Assembly: GCF_018977255.1 (NCBI RefSeq)
Contig: NW_024704742.1
Location: 27,220,001-27,284,000, forward strand
Direction of reading: 5' to 3'
DNA: 64,000 nucleotides
Source of the DNA: Callorhinchus milii
Lineage: Eukaryota
Below the pieces are notes generated by a model that was not told the origin of the DNA, ran no database searches, and saw nothing but the letters and a program-made list of their open reading frames with translations. Each line of letters starts with the position of its first letter. Within the stretch, counting starts at the first letter, position 1. The position numbers were made by a program, and so were the translations under genes. Positions 13,301-26,115 of the stretch are shown one piece after another.

Positions 13301-15439
13301 TATATACTGCCTGATAGTAAGCTGGTGTAATAATGGCAAACAGTCTGAATGTAGAACTCATGGTGATTGTAGCAGATGTTTGTCATTGCCTGGATCCCCG
13401 GAGACTTCCATAGTTGTTTTTGTAAAGAATGTGCATATTTACGTGTTCTTTTATTTATTCAAGCCGCTGTTCCCTCCTAGCTATATATTCTAAATATGTT
13501 GATATGTTAATATCCCGAACGCTTCTAGATCAGAGAGTTTTCAGTGTTTTCTTTTTAAACAAAAGTCCTATTTGAGAATTTTGTCCTCATTAAAATGAAG
13601 AGTATCAGTACTGGGAACAGAACATTTTATATGCCAGGATGATGATCACACACGCCGATCCTGGTTGAGGGCAAACAGAAAACCACTCTGCTCCAACAAT
13701 GCACTTAACCTCACAAAAGTGGCTCTATTGTCAAATGTGTATTTTTCATCTTCCTATTCCTATTCCAGCCACGAGAGAGAGGCTCACAGGAGTGGATTTG
13801 TTTTCCATTGATGGAAAAGAGAAAGAGGAGGTGGGAGCATGAGATCCTCACCTTCGATAGTACTTTAATGTTACCAGTTTGACTCCACAAGGAAGCCTCT
13901 GTCTGGAGGAAAATAGTATTGTACAATGGGGTCTCTGGAAAAACCTCACTCAGAGTGGGATCACCTATTGCGTCTTCTCATTACAGAGATCTGCCTCAGA
14001 CACAGGAAAGTCGAGAGCTCCAGAGTGTGTAAACCAGAGAAATGTTTGACACAGTAGGAGGCCGTTTGACCCATTATTTTGCATCAGTGTTGACTCTTCC
14101 GGGTTTTTCAGGGAAGTTCCCAGCTCTGTGCGGGTACCTTGACGTCATCGTGTATGCGTCTGCAAACCGGCGATGGAGGCTTTTGTTGCAACATCCCCTC
14201 ACCGAATAATGTCAGCCGGGAGCCAGAAGCAAAGACGTCATATTTTCACTTGACACAGTATCACATCTCACAACTTCCACTCCATAATGCCTTGAACCAT
14301 TTGGAACGTGCTCCATAATCCCATAAGAATTCAGTGTGGATGTAAGAGCAAGAGAGTACACGTACCCTGAAGACTGTGATACCTGCGGTGTAGACCATTC
14401 CATCTACCTTCATACCGTAGGTCACTCCATCATTAGTGGAATAAGGTTTTAGGTCTGTTCCACCTTTCCTTGGGGATACCAATTAGGGGACTCTTATGAA
14501 TGTTTAAAATCTTCATTAACATCAGCGGATGGACAGGTGATGCATTATTTATCATAGATTGTGATCGGAATGGAAACGATGCTTCTTATTTATTGCTCAC
14601 ACCCCTCCCCCCCACCGGCCGAGGAAAAGTTCGGATATGAGTAAAATATCCAGCTTTTTAAGAAATACCAACAAACTGTTCCATTATTGATAATTTTTTC
14701 AAGCTGCATAATTTATGTCGAACAGCTGTGCGGAGATGAATTCGGTGGCTTTCATGTGATAAGGTGCTGGGCTCCTGACAGAGCTGGTTATTTCTGTTAC
14801 ATTCTTATACGTTTAACAAGTGTATTTGACAACGCCAGAGCCATATTAAACAGCAAGAGGAGACAGTGTAGAATGAACAGCCAAGAGTTATTTTTAAATG
14901 GTAGATAAAGAAGAAGTGCAGTGGCGATTGACAACAGAGGTAACTGATGAATAGGACTAGAATTCTAAAAGCTTTTTCTATTTAGATTTCTTTTCAGATT
15001 CCTGCTACATGCCACGTTCTAATTGGCACATAGTCCTGGCCAGAAATATCTCTATTTTAAGAAATCGTTTCAAAGTCATTTACCTCAGGTTTCACAAATA
15101 GCTGCTGCAAGACGGCGCTGAGCTCCCAATGCAGACGGTTGCTGCTGTGACCAATAAGCTCATGTGGCATTTCGACATAGATGTCCTCTCTGAATCAGGG
15201 ACTTTCTGCGGTCCTTGACTGGACTGCTCTATTTGGGAGACTGGAATGAAGTGGAGAAGCAACATGATCAGTCAAAAGGCCACAGAAACATCATTTATTT
15301 AGGCTGATCACAAGAGAGCACTAGCTGGCAGTGAATGTTGAAACATGGACTGTCTGGGTTATCCTATCCTCTCAGCTAATTACAGAATTTACACGAAGTT
15401 CAGGAAGTTGGCTCTATACTGTTGCTCTTCCAGCATATA

Positions 15440-15617
15440 AATCCAACTCGCTCTTTCCCTCACCTCATTCAAGGTCCGTCTCAAGTCAGACCTTGCCTCC
15501 CTACACCCCCTCCGCTCCCAGCCCCAGCTCGCCTGGCTAGACAAGATGATTAATTGTCTTGGGACTTTCCTGTCGACTTGTAAACCGTTATCTAAATGTA
15601 AATTTGTATTGTATTGT
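15440..15617 (+). mobile_element. Degraded L2 3' fragment
   Basis: ttcaaggtccgtctcaag..cccagctcg..cttgggact..aaatgtaaatttgtattg. Confidence 0.6.
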
Positions 15618-16900
15618 GTGACTTGAGGCCTTTGATTGCTACTTGGTGGGATATTGGGTTTTGATGCTTTTTATTTACAAACAAGCCTCAATAACCATGA
15701 TCCACAAACCAGATGTCTAAGAGCTAGCTTTTTATTATCTTATCATTGTCTTGAATGTTTAGACTGCACACATTTTGGAAAAGCCTTCATCTCAGTCTTA
15801 ATCGGGAGCCGATCTTTTTTCTTAAAATAAGTGCAGAAAGCTGCCTTGGATATTAAGATTGAATTTAAGAAATTTCTATTTTAAGATAAAACACAACAAC
15901 AACAACTTGCATGTACATAGCTCCCTTCAAGCAGGGTAGCGCCCCAGATCGCTTAACAGTGGCGGAGTCTGAAAATAAATCTTTATCATTTGATAAAACG
16001 CATTTGATAAGGCATGTGATAAACCTAAGACTATGAGAAACGTTTTTGAATCATGAGATCTCATACAGATTGAGTATACCTTTCTGTGACCCTTTCTCAT
16101 CCATGCATTAGTCTGTGCCTGCACATTACTCATAGTAAGCCTTTCATATTGTGCAGTTGGAGGAAAAGCAGCAGAATTGTTTTGAATAAGAGAAGAAATT
16201 TATGGGTTCAGTAATACAAAACTACATTTCTTTCGGCAACATGGACTTCAGCAATATTGCAGGTGACATAAAAAGTGCCTTTAGGTGACATCAACTGCAG
16301 TTGAGAATTATCAAGGCTTTAAATTTAATTCTGAAAGCAAGATGGGAAATGTGCTTTGTTGAGATTACACGGAAATTAGAATTTACAGTTTAATTATCTT
16401 CACTTCTGCATTCATTTAGTTTCTATATGTTTCCTCTTTACTTTCACTTTTGTTCTGCATCCACAGCATCAAAACATTTTGGATGGTTTGAATCTGACAT
16501 TTCTTAACAGTTTTGACTTGAGTATTATTGAGAATTGTTGTTCGGCAGCTGAACAATGTGAGAAGAGGCCTTGGACTACACCATTGTACTGAAGGAACGG
16601 GTTGTTTATGAATCATCGCAAACTTAAATGCTGAAATGACTTGGAAGGAAATAAGACCCCAGAGAATGCAAACCTAATAGATATTCATTCACACATTCAC
16701 AAACAGCAGAGATAGGTGTTTATTTTATTTTGATGAAGTATTGTTTAAAAACTGAATCAAAAGTCAAAACAATCTATGAAACAAAGTCAATATAGGTGGA
16801 CCATGAACGTGTTAAATAGTGAGGGGGATGGATTGAAGCACAACATCCCAATTCTTTTCCACTTGAAATTAGAGTTTCTGAGGCTTTGTACTCGATCATT

Positions 16901-17144
16901 GACTGGAAATTCCACCTGGTCTTACCCTGCAAGACTATTTTGTCTTCAATTGTAAGATTGCTGAAAATTGTGTAAAATTCTTAAATTCATTCCTGTTTTG
17001 GAAGCACATTTGCTGCTGTATTTAAAAAAATGCCAGCTTCCAAATTAAGACTGTGTTCAAGCATTTTCCACAATTTTGTACAGTCTTACATTTTATGAGG
17101 AAGGAAATGGTTTTGCAGCTTAAGATTAAGTGAAATTTCAGGCC
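16901..17144. mobile_element. Fold-back MITE-like element (imperfect ~240-bp palindrome)
   Basis: Left gaaattccacctggtcttaccctgcaa versus reverse complement of right end gaaatttcacttaatcttaagctgcaa; inner tttggaagc/gcttccaaa. Confidence 0.8.
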
Positions 17145-17807
17145 TCTGATTTCTTGCTGATTTTGACAAAATGCAAATTGGGCAGTCTGCACCGCTTGTG
17201 TTGGGACATCTAAGTAATGTATCATGGGCCGGATGCACAATCTCTCCGGAATTGTAAGGGTAAATATTATACCGTAGGAAATAGCAGACCTGAGAACCCA
17301 TAGAAAGGAGAAGATAATAATAATAATAATAAGAGTAAGAATAATCCTTGCATTTGATGTAGCGCCTTACCATCTCATCAAACATCTCAAAGTGCTTCAC
17401 AGGATACACTGTAAAGTGGAGTGACTGTGTTTTGTGGGCAGGGATATCCACAATCAGCCACGGAGTGAGTGAGATATAGAGAGAGAGAGAGATAGAGAGA
17501 GAGACACAGAGAGACTATTAATACAGTCCTAGTGGTTTATTGTATGGCTCACTGAATCACCAAAAAAAGAAAGGGGGAATGGGAGAACGCAGAGAAAATA
17601 CCCATTTACTCAGCTGGCCGTCACTTTCTGAACGTTGTGAGGCGTTGTTTCAGAGGAGTGCCAGAGTAGTGTTATCAGGCATTCGTTAGGAAAGGATGAA
17701 ACTTGAATTCTAAACATTTGATGTACTCCTTGAAGTAATCCAAGAGGGTGTTGTCTGCTGGAGTCACAGTCGTCTTGACCACAGAGTCATCCTCAGCATG
17801 ACAGATA

Positions 17808-18505
17808 GTGGGGTCCTGTAGAGTATTGGTTAGAGCACTCACCTAGCAAGCGAGATTTCCTGGGTTTGAGTGTGGGCAGGATGAAACCTTAAGCAAGTTT
17901 CCTTACTCCAAATGCCTCTGTTTACCTAGCAGTAAGTAGGAACCCGGTTATTAGTCGTTTGCTGGATTGCTTTCCGAGGGTAATAAAGATAAATAAATAA
18001 TAATAATTTGGTCACTCAATCCACGACTGTTTGAGGGACGCTGTTGTGCGCAATTGGCTGCTGCTTTTCACCCACAAAATATACAGTGAATTCACTTTAC
18101 AGTATCTGTATTCCTGTAGGTCAGTGGTTAGAGCACTCGCTTTGCAAGCGAGAGACCTGAGTTCAATTCCAGGCAGAGCGAAACCTTGGGCAAGTTTCCT
18201 TACTCCACACGCCTAATAATAATCCCTCCAAAAAAAACAAAACAATAATAAATCGGTCATTTTCAATCTACGACTGTTTGTGGGACATTGTTGTGCGCAA
18301 TTGGCTGCCGCGTTTGCCCACAAATATACAGTCAATTCTCTTTACAGTATATTCTGTGAAGCGCTTTGGAACGTCTAGAAGATGTGAAAAGCGCTACATC
18401 AAATGCAAGGATTATTATTATTATTATTTATTAAGTGCTTTGAGATGTCTCAACAACATGATAGGATGGTATGTCAAATACAAGGATTATTATTATTATT
18501 ATAAT
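17808..18505 (+). mobile_element. Long-form tRNA-Ala SINE, interrupted at 18112-18432
   Basis: Head, gcctctgtttacctagcagtaagtaggaacccgg block, body; tail resumes at 18433 (aagtgctttgagatgtctc). Confidence 0.9.
18112..18432 (+). mobile_element. Young short-form tRNA-Ala SINE nested in an older SINE
   Basis: Near-identical to 1113-1448. Confidence 0.95.
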
Positions 18506-19595
18506 GTCATCTCCAGAAGCTCTGAAAAGCTGACAATGTTTGACACTATTTTCTGGGATTCAAAGATCCTGAAGTCACTCGAAATAAGCCGTCCACCCTT
18601 GGTGAATGAGACAGGAAGTTGGAGAAGGGCGTCCAAGGGCACCTCCCTTTGAGGCTGCTTCACTTTATCCCAGTTTTCAAACCCACTGGGGCGGGAGAGT
18701 ATGAACCAGTGAACAAAAATAAGTTGGGGGTGGTCTCAGAAAGAGACATGTATTTGATATTGCAAAGTGGCACTTTCAAGCTGAGGTGAATAGATGATTA
18801 ACCTCCTGTAATGTGTAACTGGTTTCTGGAGTACTGGCCCAGTCAGTCATTGTATTGATTTCTGCTGCGAAGCTCACCAACAGAAGAAGTGTAGGCACGG
18901 AGACAGCCTGCAGTTAAGGCAAATAAATAAATAAATAAATAAATCTATCGTTGCTGAAACCTCTGTCGTTCATCCCATCGATTGCTTTCCTGAACAATTG
19001 CAATCTGTTCTCAAAGGCCGAAATCCTTTGAGTACTGAGGTGGAGCTTAGAAATTCAGATCAGTCCAGGCCATTCTGAAATCATGGTGAGATATCTGATC
19101 TACCTCTGATGGAAAATGAAATCATCCAGTTAAAAAGCCCCATGTAATCATCTGACAAAAAATTAACATCTGGCGAATGGTCGTTACGTTCCACACATTG
19201 TTTAACACACATGGTTTTGTTTTTGGGTGGTGCTGGTGCTTGCACAGGAGACAAGACAAGAGTTTTACTTTCTTGAGCTCGAATTAAAGTATGTAAAGTC
19301 TGGATGTAAAAGGCAATGTTGAGATAATGAAATATTGGCCATACTACATTTAAGGGATCATATGTTCTCAACAATTTTGCCTGTCAAATATGAGCTTACA
19401 TTAATAATCATTGCTTTTCATATAGCGCCTTTCACTTCAGGAGGATATCGCAAGGTGCTTCACAGGATTTCCTGTGCAGTGCGGGGACAGCATATTTTGT
19501 AGACTATCACGGTAGCCAATTTACACACAGTAATGTTCACCCAGTAACTGACCAATTTTATCCGGTGGATCGTTGGCAAGTTAAACTCCCTAGCA

Positions 19596-19985
19596 ATAAT
19601 AGTAGTAATAATCCTTGCATTTTATCTAATGACTTATCGCGTTGCCAGACATCTTGAAGCACTTCACAGGATAAATTGTAAAGTAGAGTGACTTTGTGTT
19701 TTTTGGGAGAACGTGGCAACCGGTTTCTACACAACAATGCCCCACAAACAGCCATGGAGTTAATGACCCAATTTTCTTTAGCGATTGTTGACCAGGACCT
19801 CTTTTGAATAGTGTCGCGGGATCTTTAATCTCCACTTGAGCTCCACTCGGTTTAAGGTCTTGTTCGATGGACAATGCAACTCACCCATTGCATTGGCTTG
19901 AAGTGTCTCCCTGGATGATATGAGTTCCAACTTGATGAGGGGGCTAGAACCTTCAACCTTATGTTTTGGAGGACAGAGTGCTACA
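19596..19985 (-). mobile_element. Deu-domain SINE, diverged
   Basis: Tail, gaatagtgtcgcgggatcttt core, head remnant. Confidence 0.75.
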
Positions 19986-20204
19986 AAATATGTTAAATGA
20001 CTAATACTTTTCAGCTAACAATCTGCCTTCAGACATTCAGCAATTGTTGTTTGACCTCCAGGACATTAACGAGACAGATGTTCTACAAAGGAGCAGTGGG
20101 CTGAAACTCAGTAAACCCCCTAGGATAGATGAACTATAGCCCAAAGTACTGAGAGAACAAGAGAGGAGGTACTGACACATAGTTTGAGGGAGTCACTGAA
20201 CACT

Positions 20205-21120
20205 AGGTAGGTTTATAAAGACTGGAAAGAAGGAAATGTTGTTTTCAGATAGGTGACAGAGCCGTACCTAGAAACTGTAAACCTACCAGCACAATTTAAT
20301 AATCGGAATCGGAATATATTGTTTGGGGGTCGGACAGAAACCGATCATCGTGCTTAAGAGTATCTAAACCAGACTGAGAATTGTGTGTATCTCACCTACA
20401 CATGGAAATTCCTGTGTCTGGAATGCATTGTCCATCATCTCCCCGGAGGGATGCTTACCTAACTAAAGCTTTTTGGAAGATTTTGCCGACATTGTATGAT
20501 TTCTACTATCAAGTAGGGATGCCACCTCCTCGAAAGAATATAATCAATACATTTAGATTCAAAGTGCAAGATTATCAGCATGAAAATAATCTAATAAATC
20601 ATCCTGTCTGATTTGAGAAAGAGTAAATCTTGACCTCGTAGATTTTTTTTGAGGAGGTGACATCCCAATTTCATAGTGAAAAGCATATTATGTAATGTAC
20701 ATAGTGACTTCCAAAAGGCCATTGAAATAATATATGACAGATCTCTTTACAACCAGATATCACTGGGTATCAGGGGTTAGATGTGAATGTTACAAGATGA
20801 GAAGATTGGTTTGGGTGAAAAAGGCCCTTTGGCTCATTCGGTGACATCCTTACCAGAATATTCACTCTACCATCCTCCCATTACAGCATCAAGTTGTTTT
20901 TTTAAATGTGTCCAATGTCCTGACCTCAACTCCTCTTCCTGGCAATCCATTTCAGTTAGTAAGTGGTTAAACGGAGGAAGCGTGAGAGGCACTATGTTGA
21001 ATTGGGGGAAGATATTGCCTAGGGTCTATGCTGGGATTGCTCTTCTTCCAAGTATAAAAAAATGATCCGGATTCAGAGACTCGGGGAACTTGGTAGTTAA
21101 ATGTATAGATGACCCTATTG
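20205..21120 (+). mobile_element. Highly decayed CR1 LINE RT region, interrupted by the unclassified repeat (about 20325-20490) and a minus-strand CR1 3' end (about 20790-20955)
   Basis: Relic motifs DWK.GNV, FFEEVT, DFQKA, P.GSMLG, NDPDS, K.IDD in the expected order. Confidence 0.7.
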
Positions 21121-22220
21121 TCATCATAACTCACCTCTAATTACCATCACGGTTCAATATTTACAAGTCATTTTCCAATTCTGCTATAACTCCTGCATTT
21201 TAGACCCGAGTGTGAACATAATGGGCTTTCTTTGGTTATATGAAGGTAAGATGAATAGAACTAATGCCATGCACATATTGATCATGCAACTGAAAAACTA
21301 GTACTGTGTGGAAGGACTTAACAAGTCATGTATTCAGTCCATCAGCGTATTCTCAAATTCACAGCCCAGTACATACGTGTATGCTTTAGTTTTGTTTTAT
21401 ACTTAGTAATAACAAAAATCCTCACTGAGGTGGGACGGAATCACTATTCCTTACTCCTATAGAAACAGAAAATTGTACATGGAAAATTGGATGTGAAATT
21501 ACACCCTGTAACTCTTGAACTTTGTAATGCTTTTACATGCAGTTGGAGCCTTTTGGAAATTGTAAAGGATATTGTGTGTGGGTGGTTCTTGTGTCCTTCA
21601 GTGTTTATACTGGAGGTGAATTGTGGTGTGTGAAAACAATAGGGAATTCTTACTGACCCTGCAGTTCAAAAAAAAAGCATATACAGTATTTTTCATTGTG
21701 TTGTGATGCAGAGATTTCTGCTTCATAGATGAAATAAAGGTAGAATTGTACCATCACAATGAAAATGAATTCTAACTCTATCGGGATTGGTTTACTTGTT
21801 TTAAATTCTGAACACAAACCTGATTCAATTCAATGCAGGAGTAATACACTTCCTGCTTTTAGACATTCATCTGGATTTTCATGCTGCCGTTACCCCTCAA
21901 GTGGAAGAGTCAAAGATGAAAATCCTTACATGCATATAATGTTCTCTAGTCCTCTTTGGAATTTGGTGAGATTAGGGGAGAGAGTGTTCATTCCTTTTCC
22001 AAACACGGGAATTTCCATGTGTAGGTGGCATACATGGGACTCTGATTTGGATATTCTTAAGCATGTTGGGTTTCTACATATGTTAGACACCCAGCTGACC
22101 AAAAAAAAGCTATTCAGGGAACCAGTTCCCTGATGGTAGAGGAGTATAAAAACTGTTAAGTGGGATAACATACAGTTAGCATTCTGAGATATACTTTGTC
22201 AGCGACAGAGGCTACTATGC

Positions 22221-22637
22221 ATCAGCCTGGCTCAGTTGGTAGCACCCTCACTTCTGATATTTAAGGTTTCAGTTTGAAGCCTTTGAACTCACAGTCTTGG
22301 CTGCCACTCAAATGTAGCTTTGAGGGAGCACTGCAATGTTCCAGGCGCCATCCTTCGGATGAGTTAAACCAAGGTCCCATCTGTATGTTTGGATGGATGT
22401 TAAAGATACACATGGCACAACTCAAGAAGAGAAGGACGTTTCTCTTGGTGTTCTGGCCAACAATTCCTCAAATAAAATTAGTCATTCACTCCATGGCTAT
22501 TTGGGGGACATTAATGTGTGCAACTTGGCTGCTGCCTTCGCCCAAAGAATACACATGATCATACCACTTTATAGTGTATCTTGTGAAGGGCTTTGAGATG
22601 TCTCGATGGTTTGATAAGGTACAATATAATATACAAC
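22221..22637 (+). mobile_element. Old Deu-domain SINE (SacSINE1/AmnSINE1-like)
   Basis: Head tcagcctggctcagttggtagcac; Deu core cttcggatgag..ttaaacc.aggtccc.tctg..ggatgttaaagat..catggcac; shared 3' body and tail. Confidence 0.85.
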
Positions 22638-23308
22638 AACAACAAAATTACATTTGTATAGGGCCTTTCACGTCGGGAGGATGTCCCAAGATACTGGACA
22701 GATAGAGTTACGGACCCGAGCTGAGGATCGAGGTGGGGGAGGGTGGAGGGCAGGGGGGGGAAGCAGGGAGATCGAAAGCACAGTCGCAGAGGAGGGACTT
22801 GAGGTGGGTCTTCAAGGTGGAGAGGGAGGGGGCGAGACGGAGGGACTGCAGGATGGAGATCCAGAAGTTGGGTGCAGAGTGGCGAAAGGCCCGCCCACCA
22901 ATAGTGGGGCGAGCAAGGTGGGGGATGTGAAGCAGGCTGGAGCCCGCTGAGTGGAGGGAACGAACAGGGTGGGAGGGGGTTAGGAGGTCGGAGAGGTAGG
23001 GGGGAGCAAAATCATGGAAGGCTTTGAAGGTGAGGACCAAGATCTTGAACTGTATCCTCTGTGTGATGGGAAGCCAGTGGAGTTGGGCGAGGATGGGGGT
23101 GAAAGGCTCGCGGAGCCTAGTGCGAGAGAGGACACGGGCTGCAGAGTTCTGGATGATCTGCAGTCTGTGGAGGGAGGAGTTGGGGAGGCCGACAAGCAGT
23201 GAGTTTGCAAAGTCGAGCCTCGATGTAATGAAGGTGTGTATGAGGGTTTCAGTGGCCTGCGGTGTGACACAGTGTCAGAGCCTGGCGATGCTGCGGAGGT
23301 GGTACTGC
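22634..23308 (-). mobile_element. L2 3' fragment, about 670 bp
   Basis: Homologous to about 62290-62980; tail abuts the tail of the Deu-SINE. Confidence 0.93.
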
Positions 23309-23451
23309 CAGTATTATAAATTACAAAATACACAGTCACTGAACTTCACAGTAAAATCCTGTGAAGCTCTTTAAGATGTCTTGATGATGTGATAAGACTG
23401 TGTATCAAATGTGACTATTATTATTATTATTATTATTATTATTATGTCATT

Positions 23452-23740
23452 ACAGTTTAAATCACTCGGTAGTGCTAGTTTCTAAGTGATTTTCAGTGAT
23501 GGGTCAGCCAGACCAATAACAGCCACGTTAAATAAAAATGGATGTTACTTTTCTTAGGATGTTTGAGCTTCCTAAAATATTATTAATATTGTTATTACTA
23601 TTATATTAATGCAGTTTAAATCACACTGTAAAGGTAATTTCTAAATGATTTTCATGGATGGATCAGCCAGATTAACAGCGCTGTCATGTTACATATGCAT
23701 GGCTGTTACTTTTCTGAATATATTTGAGTTCCTAAAATAG
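23452..23740. repeat. Diverged local tandem duplication (two ~130-bp units)
   Basis: cagtttaaatcac..tttctaa.tgattttca..gatgg.tcagccaga..tgttacttttct..tttgag.ttcctaaaata occurs at 23453-23580 and 23612-23740. Confidence 0.85.
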
Positions 23741-24075
23741 TTACTTTTTGTAGGAGGTTGATATTTTGTTCACCAGCTATTTTGTCAAGCCACCTTTGAA
23801 TAGCCTTATTAACAGACCCAGTTGGACGGATGACTGTAGGAACTATATTTGTTTTACATTGCCACATACGTCTGCATTATTATTACTGTTATTATTATGT
23901 TGTTAGTTTCTATTTATACTGTAAAATTTTAAGTGCTACAAAATAGCCTCTCTACAGAAATAAACAACATGCATGTGTTCCTCCATCAATCTTCTCTTTT
24001 CTCAGGTGTTGACTCATAGTTCTCAAAAATCTGCAAAAAATCAAGCCAATGTATTTTTAAACATATATAATTGAA

Positions 24076-24660
24076 TGAGTCCTGTAGCTCAGTAGTTAGA
24101 GCACTCGCCTCACAAGCGAGAGACCTTGGTTCGATTCCCGTCAGGCAAAATGTTTCCTTACTCCACATGCCTGTTTGCCTAGCAGTAAGTAGGAGCCCAG
24201 TTGTTAGTCGATCAGCGGGTTGCTTTTCTGGTGGTAATATGGGACACTGCTGTGCGCAATTGGCTGCCGCTTTTCGAGCTCCAAAAAATATAGTCAATTC
24301 ACTTTACAGTGTATTCAGGCTTTCAGCCTCTCTGCCCCCACACTCAGGAAATCCATCCCACAATACCTTCACCTCGCTTCCTCCCTTGCATCCTTCAAGG
24401 CCGGTCTCAAAACCCTTCTCTTCGACCGTGCCTTTGGTCTCCCTCCCACCTCTCTGCCTTCCCTCACCCCTACACCACCCCTCCCTCATGCTCGGGCCCC
24501 GACACCTGACTGTTCAGCGCTTTGAGACGTCCTCCCAACATGAAAGGCGCTCTATAAATGTAATTTTGTTGTTGTTGTTATTGTTGTATTCTGTGAAGCG
24601 CTTTGAGACATCTCGAAGACGTGATAAAAGACACTATATCAAATGCAAATATTAGTATTA
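24076..24660 (+). mobile_element. Long-form tRNA-Ala SINE interrupted by an L2 fragment
   Basis: Head gagtcctgtagctcagtagttagagcactcgc; tail resumes at 24585. Confidence 0.9.
24317..24584 (+). mobile_element. L2 3' fragment with 7-bp TSD (TGTATTC)
   Basis: TGTATTC at 24310-24316 and 24585-24591. Confidence 0.93.
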
Positions 24661-24810
24661 AAGATTCCATTATCCAAAACGGTATTTCAGTGGTGTGTTT
24701 CTGTAGTCAATCTTTCTATTGCTCATTCAATTCATTTATTAACTTGCTCAATTTTTAAATACCATCAGTATAGTCATTTTGCATTGAATATTCTCTCCTT
24801 CCTTCTCTGT

Positions 24811-25120
24811 TTGAAGCACTGATCCCTGTTGGGATACGGTTCCACAGGCACCAGCTGCCCCTGCGATACTTCACCCCAAGTGGCCATTATTTATGTGTGA
24901 GCCTTGACAGTGAGTTTTGAAGGAGTGTTCAGCCATGGGAGCTATCACTGCTGAGCACGATCCTGTCCTCCACATACGCGCGTGTCCGGTGGGAATCACT
25001 GAGGGTGATCAGGAGTGAGAACCTTAGTAGATTTTCCCTTAAACAAGCCAGGGGGAGGGGGTGGGTTGCACAGGTCAATTGTAGCGCCTTAACCTGCTGC
25101 CCTGGGCAGAGTCGCTCAGT
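24811..25120 (-). mobile_element. Ancient SINE-like repeat, copy 1 (possibly AmnSINE2-related)
   Basis: Collinear similarity to 40296-40635 (aagcactga..acaggcac..tgagcct.gacagtga..caggag..gaac..caatt.tagc). Confidence 0.6.
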
Positions 25121-25400
25121 ATATGATTGTCACTTGCTTTTGTAAAAATGTCACAAGAGTGATTAAAGCTACATATGTTGCTGGCCAAGCTGTCGGCGTA
25201 AGAGAGTAATGACCTTGTTTAGCACATACCAGACCCCAGAGGATTGATCACGAGGATGCTGCAGATTTCAGGTGGAACACAAAGCACAAATTCAAGGCTG
25301 CGCGGAAATGAATGGTGGCAATGTCATTTGTTCCTCGCTTGCATTTTTTTTAAACAATGGCTGACTTTTTTTGTTGCCTTTGACTCTCCGAAATAAAGAG

Positions 25401-25722
25401 TAATAATAATAATAATCTTCGCATTTGATATAGCACTTTTCACATCTTCTCGACGTCTCAAAGCGCTTCACAGAATATGCTGTAAAGTGAACTGACCGTA
25501 TATTTGTGGGCGAACACGGCAGCCAATTGCGCACAACAGTGTCCCACAAACAGTCGTGGATTGAAAATTACCAATTTATTATTGTTTTGATTTTTGGAGG
25601 GATTATTATTAGACGTGTGGAGTAAGGAAACTTGCCCAAGGTTTCGCCCTGTACCTGGAATTGAACCCAGGTGTCTCGCTTGCAAGGCGAGTGCTCTAAC
25701 CACTGAGCTGCAGGACTCCACA
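25401..25722 (-). mobile_element. Young short-form tRNA-Ala SINE
   Basis: Reverse complement of the 1113-1448 family, head to (TTA)n tail. Confidence 0.95.
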
Positions 25723-25818
25723 AAAGAAATAGGGCACAATCTGGCCTGGCCAACCGTTCTCCACACTAAACAGGCTTTCATCTCATGACTGTTGGCAGAA
25801 TAATAAACTCTTCACTGC

Positions 25819-26115
25819 CCAGCGCCTTGGGATGTCCCCCCGACGTGAAAGGCGCTGTATAAATGTAATTTGTTGTTGTTTTTATCATTGTTATTTTTTT
25901 TTAATAAGTTTGTATAATTGGAATTGCATGGTATGATATGTCTCAAGGCCTTCCTCTCTGACCGTGCCTAAGGTCACCCTTCTACCTCCATCCTTCTTGC
26001 CCTCCACTCTTCCTGATCCGAACTCCCAGCTCAGGTGCAAATCCTTGACTGTCGAGTACCTTGGGATGTCCTCCCGATGTGAAATGCGCTATACAAATGT
26101 AACTTGTTGTTGTTT
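25819..26115 (+). mobile_element. Two short L2 tail fragments (25819-25882, 25941-26115)
   Basis: cagcgccttgggatgtccccccgacgtgaaaggcgctg and cttgggatgtcctcccgatgtgaaatgcgc tails. Confidence 0.85.

Noticed and set aside
14212..14482. Overlapping minus-strand ORFs as a viral or retrogene fragment
   Set aside because: Short, stop-bounded, and no motif recognised.
16422..16490. Candidate formin microexon after a strong pyrimidine tract (ttctgcatccacag|catcaaaacattttggatg)
   Set aside because: 19 nt, poor donor (gtttga), not frame-preserving, and no convincing peptide match.
24071..24655. 194-aa ORF
   Set aside because: Read-through of a SINE plus nested L2 fragment.
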